Positions 1-8,340 of a DNA stretch of 26,491 nucleotides are shown here, in pieces. The DNA lies in IMG/VR virus record IMGVR_UViG_3300018413_000031, positions 1-26,491 of that record; one strand, written 5' to 3'. A program made the position numbers and the translations under genes. Under the pieces are notes generated by a model, which was not told the DNA's origin, made no database searches, and worked only from the letters and a program-made list of their open reading frames with translations. Numbering within the stretch: the stretch's first letter is position 1; the number at the start of each line of letters is the position of its first letter. This DNA comes from a virus. Taxonomy: Duplodnaviria > Caudoviricetes.

Positions 1-180
1 AAACATTCGAATACCGTGTCCGCTCCCGCTTGCGCCTGAGTATTTCTCAATGCCTGGCAATTTGAAAAATGAAATCCCTGTTTTGCGTTTAAGGTATTTT
101 GCAATTAAGAAAACCGCCTTTTCAAGGGAACCTGTTGAAATATCTTCTTTAAGAAAGTCTTTGAAATTGAGTGTGCTCAT
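1..180 (-). CDS. Partial late gene running off the window start; possible internal head protein
   Basis: Not in the ORF track. Manual translation from ATG at 180 gives MSTLNFKDFLKEDISTGSLEKAVFLIAKYLKRKTG..., open to position 1. It is preceded by TATAAATA boxes. The N-terminal FKDFLKE resembles the FxxFLxE leaders of T4-like head-packaged proteins (inference). Confidence 0.7.
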   Translation of the reverse strand, partial: MSTLNFKDFLKEDISTGSLEKAVFLIAKYLKRKTGISFFKLPGIEKYSGASGSGHGIRMF

Positions 181-186
181 GAATAA

Positions 187-210
187 TATTTATAAACATT
201 ACTATTTATA
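187..210 (-). promoter_or_regulatory. Tandem T4-type late promoters (TATAAATA x2)
   Basis: tatttata on + at 187-194 and 203-210; ATG lies 6 nt downstream of the proximal box. Confidence 0.7.
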
Positions 211-229
211 TTTTTTACCTTCTTAATGC

Positions 230-1624
230 TCATTCAACCTTAAAATCACTAAAGTCAGATGACCCACGACCTCCACTGAAAGGCTTGTCAGGAACTGGAG
301 TGACGGTGCCCGCATCTTGAATGATACCAGCAGTAGGATCGGCAATATCGTAAAGTCTCATTTTGGAACGATCCACGCCAACCGTAAACCTTTTGTTTGT
401 GGCAGGATCATTATAACGATTCTTAAGCTGTTTAATCATTAGCTGACCCATACTTTCAAGTTGCTCGTTAGAGATGAGAGCAATCATCAAGTCGGCTGTG
501 GCGGGAAGTCCAAAACTTTCTGAAGTATCAGTAAGCTCAACATCGCTGTTATTAAATCCCGTTCGTGTTACCTGTGTAGCACTCCAGATTGGAACATTGT
601 TTTCTACCGCAAGTCCTCGAAGTTCTTCAGCAATTGCTTTAATCAAAGAGTATGTGTTAACACCTCCGCTTAAACCTTTGATACGAGACGACGCGCAAAT
701 GTTTAGATAATCTACATATACCACATCAGGAACAAAATCCTTTTTCATTTTTAGCTCTGTTAGCAGCGCTCGGAAGTGGCCAACATGAGCACTTGCCGTG
801 GGATATTCTTTTACAACAAGCTTACCGTTTGTTTTACTTGAGATGCTTTCGACCTTTGATGTAAAACGATCATTAGTCATTTCTTTTAGCTGATCAATAC
901 GAACATCAAAAAGGTTTGCATCAATACGTTCGGCAATTCGTTCTTCCGCCATCTCCAGTGTAATATAAAGAACGTTCTTACCTTGAGATAGCGCAGCAGA
1001 AGCAAGGTGACACATGGCCAAACTTTTTCCAACACCGGTTCCTGCAAGTATAATATTCAGCGTTTTGTTTGGTACACCGCCACCGGTAATGGTGTTCATC
1101 ATCTCAAGATCAAACTCCATCTTGTCCTCATGAGTATTGTAAAACTCATAACGAGCTTGTGCGTTTTCAATATAGTCGTGACCAACATTGGTATCAAATG
1201 TAACACCCAGAGCTTTACTTAGAATGTCGGGAATGGCGCCTTCAGCTTTATCTTGACTCTTACCATCAATAATGTTAATGGCTTCCATAACCGCAAGATG
1301 AACGGCGCGATCTTTACACCATTTCTCTGTTGTGGAAATCAGCCACGAGTCATCCGCCTTTGCAGGAGACTCAAAGGAGTTAATCGTTTGGAGAATCTCA
1401 TTCACATTAGAACGAGAAGAATAGTCCGAGCTTTGTAGCTCGATAGAAAGAACTTTAGAATTAGGAAGCTTGTTATACTTCCCAACAAACTTTAAGATAA
1501 GATCGTATACCGCTCTATCCGAACCTTCAAAATATTCGGGACGAAGATGCGGCATTGCCTTACGACAATATGTTTCGTTGTGTACTAAATTGTTTAGTAT
1601 AATATCTTCAATCTTTTCCGTCAT
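230..1624 (-). CDS. gp41: Replicative DNA helicase (T4 gp41-like, DnaB family)
   Basis: Walker A LAGTGVGKS, ITLEMAEE, VDYLNI, SESFGLPATAD, KQLKNRY. ATG at 1624 is preceded by GGAG; the ORF-track start at 1633 is TTG. Confidence 0.96.
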   Translation of the reverse strand: MTEKIEDIILNNLVHNETYCRKAMPHLRPEYFEGSDRAVYDLILKFVGKYNKLPNSKVLSIELQSSDYSSRSNVNEILQTINSFESPAKADDSWLISTTEKWCKDRAVHLAVMEAINIIDGKSQDKAEGAIPDILSKALGVTFDTNVGHDYIENAQARYEFYNTHEDKMEFDLEMMNTITGGGVPNKTLNIILAGTGVGKSLAMCHLASAALSQGKNVLYITLEMAEERIAERIDANLFDVRIDQLKEMTNDRFTSKVESISSKTNGKLVVKEYPTASAHVGHFRALLTELKMKKDFVPDVVYVDYLNICASSRIKGLSGGVNTYSLIKAIAEELRGLAVENNVPIWSATQVTRTGFNNSDVELTDTSESFGLPATADLMIALISNEQLESMGQLMIKQLKNRYNDPATNKRFTVGVDRSKMRLYDIADPTAGIIQDAGTVTPVPDKPFSGGRGSSDFSDFKVE

Positions 1625-1919
1625 TCTCTCCAATCTTAAATTCGTTTTTTGTTATAATTGATGCAAGTACATTTCCAATATGTTGTTCAAAATCTTTATT
1701 GGATTGCAATTCTTCTTTGGTGTATTCTTCGTTACCTTCTTCAACTTCGTAAAGAAAGCTTAAACGACCAACCTGCTCGCCATTCACTTCTTCTTCCGTT
1801 AGTTTGACGTCACCATAGGCATACACAGACCCGCTGTATTGCCCGCTTGTTAACTTTATTGAAAAGTGATCAGTGTGGCGATCACTGTCCACCAACTTGT
1901 AATCAAATTCTTCTTTCAT
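1608..1919 (-). CDS. Conserved protein between uvsX and gene 41 (gp40-like head vertex assembly chaperone)
   Basis: Syntenic with T4 gene 40; acidic, ~103 aa. Start moved to ATG 1919 because the longer ORF runs through the intergenic hairpin. Confidence 0.6.
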   Translation of the reverse strand: MKEEFDYKLVDSDRHTDHFSIKLTSGQYSGSVYAYGDVKLTEEEVNGEQVGRLSFLYEVEEGNEEYTKEELQSNKDFEQHIGNVLASIITKNEFKIGENDGKD

Positions 1920-1929
1920 AAATGATAAA

Positions 1930-1960
1930 GGGGCTGGGCACCACCACAACACCCAGCCCC
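1930..1960 (-). terminator. GC-rich hairpin, copy 1 of a repeated element; weak terminator or processing site after uvsX
   Basis: ggggctggg-caccaccacaaca-cccagcccc, followed on the minus strand by only TTT and then the next ATG. Confidence 0.55.
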
Positions 1961-1971
1961 CTTTTACGGTT

Positions 1972-3054
1972 CTACTTTTTAGTTGGAGAGTCGTCACCTG
2001 CAGAACCAGATTCGGGAGAGACGGGGTCGTCTCCTAGTAACGAACGGTGAGCAACCTTAAATTTATTTTCGATGGCTGTGGCAAAATCGGTCTTCTCTAG
2101 AATCGTCTTCCAAAAATCGGCCTGGAGTGTGTCCTTCATTCGAACATTACCAGAGAGCTCTTCTTTGGTTTCTGGATTGATTGCCATGTACCATCCGTTC
2201 TTCGGCTTGATAACATATCCCATATCAATGGCAATTTCGGTAAAGCCAGACCAGCGTTCGATTCCGCCTTCCCATGATACAGAAATAGGGATCTTAGATT
2301 TTTCTTTAACGAATCTGGACTTCTCAACGTTAACAACAAAGTCATATCCAATAACCTCGGTTCCTTTCTTATCCTGCCGCCGGCCGATAATCCAAACGTT
2401 ATCAGCACTGTACATCACGCCCGTTCCCCCACTAACAATTTGCTTAGGGAAAAGGCCTTGCTCTTGGTAGGTGTGGTTAATAGCGAGGAGTGGGATATCG
2501 TTGATTGTAAGGAATGGTGTAACCATTCTAAACAGACCTTTAAGAGCCTTTGCTCTTGTCATATCAGCCACAGACTTTTCGTTGATCGCATCTTCAACTT
2601 CTTTCTTTGAAGCGATGTTACCAACCGAATCAATAATTACAATAACCTTATCCTTTCTTTCAATTTCTTTAAGCTGATTAACAAGATCAAACTTAAGTTC
2701 CTCGATGTTTGTAACGGGACAGTGAAGAACCCGACTTGTATCAATATCAAAAGATTCAAAGTAAGCCTGAGGAGAACCAAACTCAGAATCATAAAAAATC
2801 AGAGCGGCATCTTTATGCTTTTTAAGATAAGCACCAGCCATAAGAAGTGCGAAGCTTGTCTTGAAGTGTTTACTTGGTCCGGCCAAAACGGTAAGACCAC
2901 TTGCAAGTCCGCCGTCAATGCTTCCGCTTAGAGCGACGTTGACCATTCCCACCGGGGTTGAAGTTAAATCCTTTTCAGAAAAGAACTTTGAATCAGAGAG
3001 AATATCCGCACCCTTAACACGGGTGGTTTTCATCAGTTTATCAAGTAATGCCAT
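1972..3054 (-). CDS. uvsX: RecA-like recombinase UvsX
   Basis: LAGPSKHFKT Walker A, FYDSEFG, IDSVGN, ADMTRAK, SGGTG, EKSRFVKEKSK, all typical of T4 UvsX. Confidence 0.97.
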   Translation of the reverse strand: MALLDKLMKTTRVKGADILSDSKFFSEKDLTSTPVGMVNVALSGSIDGGLASGLTVLAGPSKHFKTSFALLMAGAYLKKHKDAALIFYDSEFGSPQAYFESFDIDTSRVLHCPVTNIEELKFDLVNQLKEIERKDKVIVIIDSVGNIASKKEVEDAINEKSVADMTRAKALKGLFRMVTPFLTINDIPLLAINHTYQEQGLFPKQIVSGGTGVMYSADNVWIIGRRQDKKGTEVIGYDFVVNVEKSRFVKEKSKIPISVSWEGGIERWSGFTEIAIDMGYVIKPKNGWYMAINPETKEELSGNVRMKDTLQADFWKTILEKTDFATAIENKFKVAHRSLLGDDPVSPESGSAGDDSPTKK

Positions 3055-3082
3055 ATGTTTTATTGTATTTTTGTTCTATTAT

Positions 3083-3111
3083 ATTATAAACTATATTCTT
3101 ATGAATGTAAA
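3083..3111 (-). promoter_or_regulatory. Sigma70-type early promoter for uvsX
   Basis: TTTACA-N17-TATAAT on the minus strand. Confidence 0.75.
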
Positions 3112-4349
3112 TCAAAAAATGCGTCCAACTCCAAAGTATTTGATACTTCGTTTCCATCTTCGGTCAGAACATCTTGCTTTTTATTATTCTGTCTTACACG
3201 TGGGGTAGGAGCAAATTCAGTATGTCCTTCTAAGTAAAGTAAAACATTCTTCATCATATCTTCAGCAGTTGAAGCAGGTACGTTCTGGCAAATATGATTT
3301 ACTTTAGAACGAACGTTTTCACCGACCAAATTAAAATCATCAGGCATCTTCATGATACGCAAGCAATCTCGAATCGTAATCCAATTATCAGTATAAGGAT
3401 TTAAAAGGGAATGGGGTAAAGCTCCAATCAGCGCTGGAATTTCGTTTCCTCGAGGAATGGTAATACCGTGAGCCCAGTAACCTTTTCCCTGATCAAGTTT
3501 CTCTTGCATTGCCCTGGCGCGGGCTCCAACCTTATCATGGCCGTTAGCCTCCATCCAGTCAGCTACATCAGAAAGACCTTTATTATATCCTCCGTCCGAA
3601 TGAACAATGAGATTTTCAGTTTTAGTGAAAGTCTTTTGAAGTTCTGCAATGGTTTTTGTTCCTGTAGCTGCAAGTTGATACTGCAGCCATGAATTATCGT
3701 ATGGCGAGTTTTGGTTCGCGGTAACATTCATTGGGTCATCCTTAATTGGCTTTTGTTTAAGGATATCTTCAATACTTTCCTGAGGCTTTCTATACCAAGG
3801 GAAGATTGGTGCTGTTTTAGAATCTGTAAAGAAGTAAAAGGTTCTAGGTCGCTTCTGTGATAGGCCGTGAAGACGGCTTTCGGTGTAATACAGATTAAGA
3901 CTGTAACCATGTTCTTTAGCGATTTCAGCCAACTTATCGGCTACAGCGGAGCCTGCTTTCGTAAATAGCCTAGGCGCGTTTTCGCCCCAGAATACTCGAG
4001 GCTTTACTTTTCCAAGAACGTAATTTGCGGTAAGATACATCCAATCGTTTGCTGCATAATCAACACCACTGTTTACGTTTAAGCTAGAAAGACCTGCACA
4101 GGGACAAACCGTATTAACAACGTCAACCTTTTCGGGAACATAGTTTTCATTGCCTTCTTCATCTAGATAGGTATACTCTCCGGTGTATCCTTTACCGCGG
4201 ATGTAATCAATAAAGTGTTCATCATTTGCCGTAAAGGGTTTATAAGAAAGAACCCATTCAGGAAGCTGACCTTCCATGGCATTCATCACACCAATGTTCT
4301 CTCCGCCAATTAATGGAACAATGGTTCCGTATGTAGTTTTGTTTTTCAT
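3099..4349 (-). CDS. Atypical C5-cytosine DNA methyltransferase-fold protein
   Basis: Motif IV PCAGLS, motif VI ENAP, motif VIII QKRPR, motif IX IRDCLRIMKMPDDF, motif X QNVP. Motif I is degenerate (IVPLIGG instead of FxGxGG). Confidence 0.75.
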   Translation of the reverse strand: MKNKTTYGTIVPLIGGENIGVMNAMEGQLPEWVLSYKPFTANDEHFIDYIRGKGYTGEYTYLDEEGNENYVPEKVDVVNTVCPCAGLSSLNVNSGVDYAANDWMYLTANYVLGKVKPRVFWGENAPRLFTKAGSAVADKLAEIAKEHGYSLNLYYTESRLHGLSQKRPRTFYFFTDSKTAPIFPWYRKPQESIEDILKQKPIKDDPMNVTANQNSPYDNSWLQYQLAATGTKTIAELQKTFTKTENLIVHSDGGYNKGLSDVADWMEANGHDKVGARARAMQEKLDQGKGYWAHGITIPRGNEIPALIGALPHSLLNPYTDNWITIRDCLRIMKMPDDFNLVGENVRSKVNHICQNVPASTAEDMMKNVLLYLEGHTEFAPTPRVRQNNKKQDVLTEDGNEVSNTLELDAFFDLHS

Positions 4350-4360
4350 AGTTAACTAAT

Positions 4361-5875
4361 TTAATTATTCAATTCATTTTTAACAACCTGTGTCATTTTC
4401 CACTGTCTTTCAGGATCGTCGTAGTGTAAAGGAATACACGTCGCTAGGAGGAGTAGACCTCCATCCAATATTTGTTTTACAGGTAAATTAAATTCTTCTA
4501 GTTTCTCTACAAACACCTTCTTAACAGTTTCGTTTTGGCTGGTGTTGGAAACAATGGAACTATACCCATGATAAAGATCGTGCGCGAGTTTACACCAATC
4601 ATAAAAGTTATCGCCGATGGTACCAATCAAGCCACCGTAGTTTCCTCTTGGGTCAATAAACTTAAACTGATTTGTATAGTGGTTATAAAGTATGTTACCA
4701 AAGTGGAGATCCCCGTGATGAACATCTACAGGTGTAACACTGTTCCAAATATCATACGCGGTATCAATAAGTTTAGACTGTTCTTTAGGAGTCAGGGGGA
4801 CATCCGCAAGTCGTGTTTTTGATTTATCGACCCAGATGTTTTTAGAAAGTCCTACAAACCCATCATGGTGGGTTTTTACAAACCTATTACACTTTTCAAT
4901 CGGAGTCGAAAAGTAATTAGCTTTAATCCTAAACAGCTTGTCCATAATAAATGACCAGTTGGCTTCTGAAAGATTTTCATACAGCATAAGATCTGAAAGC
5001 AGGGATCCAGATTCGTATGACATTATTAGATCCGTTTTATGCGGGAGAATCCTAGGGACAAACATACTCTGTTCGGCCGTGATAGAATTATACCACGAAC
5101 GCTCTGCGTGTAATGTATCTACACTATGCTTTGACGTATAGTCAGGAGTCTTGGTAACGGTACCAAGATCGTCGTTAAATGCAATGTTATTAAATGCGCG
5201 ACTTTTAAGCCGTAAAAGCTTTGCGCAAGTTTCGTGATAAACACTTAGTGTACCAATGTCGTACCATTCGGTTGTTCGTTGATCAGCAAACACCAAAGCA
5301 TTGTTAAGGCTTTCGTATCCCTGCAGCGCAGATGAGATATCATAGTCAGAAGATTCATCAAATGCCTGCTTTGCCAATTCCCCGTTCTTAAAAGAATACA
5401 ATCCTACCAGTGCAACACCTCCTTTGATGTTTTTCTCTGGCTTGTCAAAGTAAGTGGTTCCGTCCCACATACACCAAGAAGAGTGATTCTCAACTTCCTT
5501 ACATAGCAGGAAGTCGGTTCCAAGATCCATGTTTTCAGTTAAGATGATTGCATCTCCAAGCCATACGACAGTGGGACGAGGAACGACAATCTCCCCAAAG
5601 CCAAGGGCAATCGCTGGTCTAGGACCGTTAAGTGTCTTTTGTTTTACAAATTTAATCTCTGGATATTTCTTAGAACAGTATTCACGAACATCATCAAACT
5701 TACCGTCAACAATAACAATCTCTTGAATGTCTGCAAGCCTTTTTGCTTGCTCTATAATATAATCAAGACAGGGTTTACCGTTAACCCTGACCATGATTTT
5801 GGACATGTTATTTGAAAGCGGCTTTAAGCGAGTTGCCTCTCCAGCTGCTGGGATGATAAGATTAATCTTCTTCAT
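4361..5875 (-). CDS. Sugar nucleotidyltransferase fused to an APH/choline-kinase-like phosphotransferase (BcbE/EcbE-like architecture)
   Basis: N-terminal IIPAAGEATRLKPLS...K, VWLGD and WYDIGT (NTP_transferase); C-terminal HHGDLHFGNI, FIDPRG and YDWCKLAH (kinase). Start moved to ATG 5875. Confidence 0.85.
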   Translation of the reverse strand: MKKINLIIPAAGEATRLKPLSNNMSKIMVRVNGKPCLDYIIEQAKRLADIQEIVIVDGKFDDVREYCSKKYPEIKFVKQKTLNGPRPAIALGFGEIVVPRPTVVWLGDAIILTENMDLGTDFLLCKEVENHSSWCMWDGTTYFDKPEKNIKGGVALVGLYSFKNGELAKQAFDESSDYDISSALQGYESLNNALVFADQRTTEWYDIGTLSVYHETCAKLLRLKSRAFNNIAFNDDLGTVTKTPDYTSKHSVDTLHAERSWYNSITAEQSMFVPRILPHKTDLIMSYESGSLLSDLMLYENLSEANWSFIMDKLFRIKANYFSTPIEKCNRFVKTHHDGFVGLSKNIWVDKSKTRLADVPLTPKEQSKLIDTAYDIWNSVTPVDVHHGDLHFGNILYNHYTNQFKFIDPRGNYGGLIGTIGDNFYDWCKLAHDLYHGYSSIVSNTSQNETVKKVFVEKLEEFNLPVKQILDGGLLLLATCIPLHYDDPERQWKMTQVVKNELNN

Positions 5876-6230
5876 TGTAATTCCAAGATGCAAATTGATC
5901 AAGTGTCATGGCTTTATCATCAACATAGTATGTACTTGCATAAGGCTTTCCAAAATGAATTTGATTGTAAGGAACACCATGACGGGATAGCCAAGAAGTA
6001 GTTATAATGCCAATGTCAGCAATGATCTTCTCGACATCTCCGTCGTGTGTTAGCATCCGTCGTGCGGAAGAGATAGTAATGTACCATCCATCATCAGCCA
6101 TTTGCTGCATCTTTTCAATAAGAGGAAGGTTGGGTTTAGCTAACCCGTACTTTTCGTAACTGTCCTTTTTGGAATGATCTGGAAAACAGATAGTGTCGTC
6201 CATATCAAAAACGATTGATTTTTCTTTCAT
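5862..6230 (-). CDS. Small HAD-family phosphatase (capsule-biosynthesis EcbF/BcbF-like)
   Basis: VFDMDDTI (motif I), SSARRM, FGKP and YVDDKA. Confidence 0.85.
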   Translation of the reverse strand: MKEKSIVFDMDDTICFPDHSKKDSYEKYGLAKPNLPLIEKMQQMADDGWYITISSARRMLTHDGDVEKIIADIGIITTSWLSRHGVPYNQIHFGKPYASTYYVDDKAMTLDQFASWNYNEED

Positions 6231-7501
6231 TATAAGATTTCTTCTACACCTTTTAGGAGTGTGTTGTTCATGTATGTACCGTCGTAGTATTCATCTAGTA
6301 AAGCTTTATCAATAGCATCCCGCAGTTGATCATACGCCTCTGGGTTTTCTTCAAGGAATTTAATCTTATCAAAAAGTTCCTTTGAATCCTTTACGCGAAG
6401 AAAGGCTGGAACATCTAAGTGCTTTTGCTCATCATAAGTTGGATGCAGGAACGGGATAATTCCATAATGAGCCATCTCCCAAAACTTAGCGGTAACCCAT
6501 CCCTTTTTAATCGGAATGCAAAAAGTATACTTGACACGAGGAAGCATGCTTTGTAATTCGTTGAATTTCTTAGGTCCTTTGAATCTGTTATCATCACCGA
6601 TTGTATCTGGATTCCACTTGCCATAGATATCAACATCTTGCACGTGGTCAAGTATGTATTTTTTCAAATCGGGATACCTAGACGGAAGGCCTTCGTTACA
6701 TACAACCATAAAGTTAATATCCTTCGCGCCAGATTCAGAATCAGGTTCGGCATCGCTGAAAAAGGAATCAAGCGAAGATTCTTCTTTTGTAATCGCTTCA
6801 CCTCGAGTCTTACCAATAAGAAATATCGTTTCCATCGCTTTGTATTCTTGAGGGATCCGTATTGTGAAGTCTTCTGCTGAATCGTATTCCTTACAAGCAA
6901 TGTGATCGCAGATGCGTTCGTATTGTGAATAAATCTTTTTAGGTGGATTCATCAAGTCCCTCATCTTCCCAGGGTAAAGGCGGGGATCGTTTAAGACCAT
7001 AATCCAAGGGATATCTCGATAGGTATTTAAGTAGTGAATGGTTGGACCTGCGTACAACTTTTGAGCGTCAAGAGGAGTTGCTAGTGTATCGCGCTCTTTT
7101 CGCCGTCTAGCCCACCCTACAACATTAGAGGTTGCGACCAATCCCTGAAGCATGATGGCAGCATCTACTTTTAAGTCGGGGTTAGTAAGAATGAATTCCT
7201 CCATAAATGCCTGATTGCCGTTAGGCCGAATCACACCATCTCTTGACATAAAAACATTAGACTTCCAATCTGAAAGTCCAGCCCATGCATCAATAAAGTT
7301 ACGATGTTCGTTTATGCGTTCTTTATCTGCAAGAGGTAGGCGAGAATAATCGCTTTGCCCCAGCATAATAAAAGTGTGCTGGGGATTATTACGAATAAGA
7401 TTTTCGTATAAGATAGGAGCTTCATTATCTCCGCCTACTGCACCCCAGTTTTCGCTGTCGAATAAAACAGACCTTCCGATTTTTCCAATTCCGATTTTCA
7501 T
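6230..7501 (-). CDS. DNA glycosyltransferase, distant homolog of T4 beta-glucosyltransferase (GT-B fold)
   Basis: Segments are colinear with T4 BGT as recalled: LNDPRL vs FTDIRL (catalytic Asp), KKIYSQ vs IKVISQ, DVDIYG vs NIEFFG, WVTAKFWEMA vs FITLRVWETM, RVKDSKELFDKI vs YVNNRAELIDRV. Same genomic position, between gene 42 and uvsX. Confidence 0.78.
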   Translation of the reverse strand: MKIGIGKIGRSVLFDSENWGAVGGDNEAPILYENLIRNNPQHTFIMLGQSDYSRLPLADKERINEHRNFIDAWAGLSDWKSNVFMSRDGVIRPNGNQAFMEEFILTNPDLKVDAAIMLQGLVATSNVVGWARRRKERDTLATPLDAQKLYAGPTIHYLNTYRDIPWIMVLNDPRLYPGKMRDLMNPPKKIYSQYERICDHIACKEYDSAEDFTIRIPQEYKAMETIFLIGKTRGEAITKEESSLDSFFSDAEPDSESGAKDINFMVVCNEGLPSRYPDLKKYILDHVQDVDIYGKWNPDTIGDDNRFKGPKKFNELQSMLPRVKYTFCIPIKKGWVTAKFWEMAHYGIIPFLHPTYDEQKHLDVPAFLRVKDSKELFDKIKFLEENPEAYDQLRDAIDKALLDEYYDGTYMNNTLLKGVEEIL

Positions 7502-7941
7502 TGATCTATATATGTGGTCTTTATTCCGGCTTCACGGAAGAAGATTTGAGCAAGGTCGCATGAATCATTCCAGCGATTATCTTTTGTTTCTTTTCGCATT
7601 ACCACCTTCTTGATTCCAACCTGAATGATCGCCTTTGCGCATTCGTGGCAAACGGGTAATCCATAAACATAAATGGTTGAACCATAAAGTGAAACACCCG
7701 TGCGGGATGCGTTGTAAATCCCATTCATTTCCGCATGGGAAATCCTTTTGTATTTGGTTTCTCGGTGAGCATAAAGCTCATCCAAGTCGCTCATTCCTCG
7801 AGGAAATCCATTGTATCCTTGGGAAAGAACTTGGCCAGAGTCGCCAACAATGACCGCCCCGCATTGAGTTGAAGGGTCTTTTGACCAAGAAGAGATTTCT
7901 TTAGCCAAAGAGATATAACGCCCGTCCCAGTCAGTAAACAT
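7498..7941 (-). CDS. cd: dCMP deaminase
   Basis: SKDPSTQCGA, GYNGFPRG, HAE and PVCHEC zinc motifs. Confidence 0.93.
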   Translation of the reverse strand: MFTDWDGRYISLAKEISSWSKDPSTQCGAVIVGDSGQVLSQGYNGFPRGMSDLDELYAHRETKYKRISHAEMNGIYNASRTGVSLYGSTIYVYGLPVCHECAKAIIQVGIKKVVMRKETKDNRWNDSCDLAQIFFREAGIKTTYIDQ

Positions 7942-7945
7942 AAAC

Positions 7946-8302
7946 TTAGTCTTCTGTATCTAAAGGCTTGACGCGATTTAAAAAGTCGCGGTTTGGATCC
8001 TGACCGTCAACACCGCCTCGGATAAAGGAGACAGCAAAGCTTGCATAGTTAATCATGTCTTTGAATGAATCTTCAACCGACTCGAAGTTTGGCTCGTAGG
8101 AAGGATCAAGTTCCATTGCTTCAATAACGCTTTGAGCGCGAAGCACTTTGGCATAAATGATTTCAAGAATTGTCTTTACTCCGCTGGGATAGTAATCGGA
8201 TTGACGAATTCTTGACTGAGGGTTCTGATAGTCGTTTGACTTTTTAAGTTGCAGTTCTGCGCATTCTTTTAAAACACGAAGGCTTTCTTTATCGTTATTC
8301 AT
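7946..8302 (-). CDS. DUF1599 / nucleotide-modification-associated alpha-helical protein
   Basis: KKSNDY...K..R...ESVEDSFKDMINY pattern. Start at ATG 8302, directly after a promoter. Confidence 0.7.
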   Translation of the reverse strand: MNNDKESLRVLKECAELQLKKSNDYQNPQSRIRQSDYYPSGVKTILEIIYAKVLRAQSVIEAMELDPSYEPNFESVEDSFKDMINYASFAVSFIRGGVDGQDPNRDFLNRVKPLDTED

Positions 8303-8308
8303 GTTACT

Positions 8309-8337
8309 ATTATACACTATATTTGGGTGAATGTAAA
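8309..8337 (-). promoter_or_regulatory. Sigma70-type early promoter, leaderless configuration
   Basis: TTTACA-N17-TATAAT, then 6 nt, then ATG (8302). Confidence 0.78.
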
Positions 8338-8340
8338 TAC

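Noticed and set aside
4361-7501. Host capsule/LPS biosynthesis island
   Set aside because: The GT matches the DNA-acting BGT pattern, sits between gene 42 and uvsX and carries a clamp-like motif; no export or polymerase genes are present. Not fully excluded without experiments.
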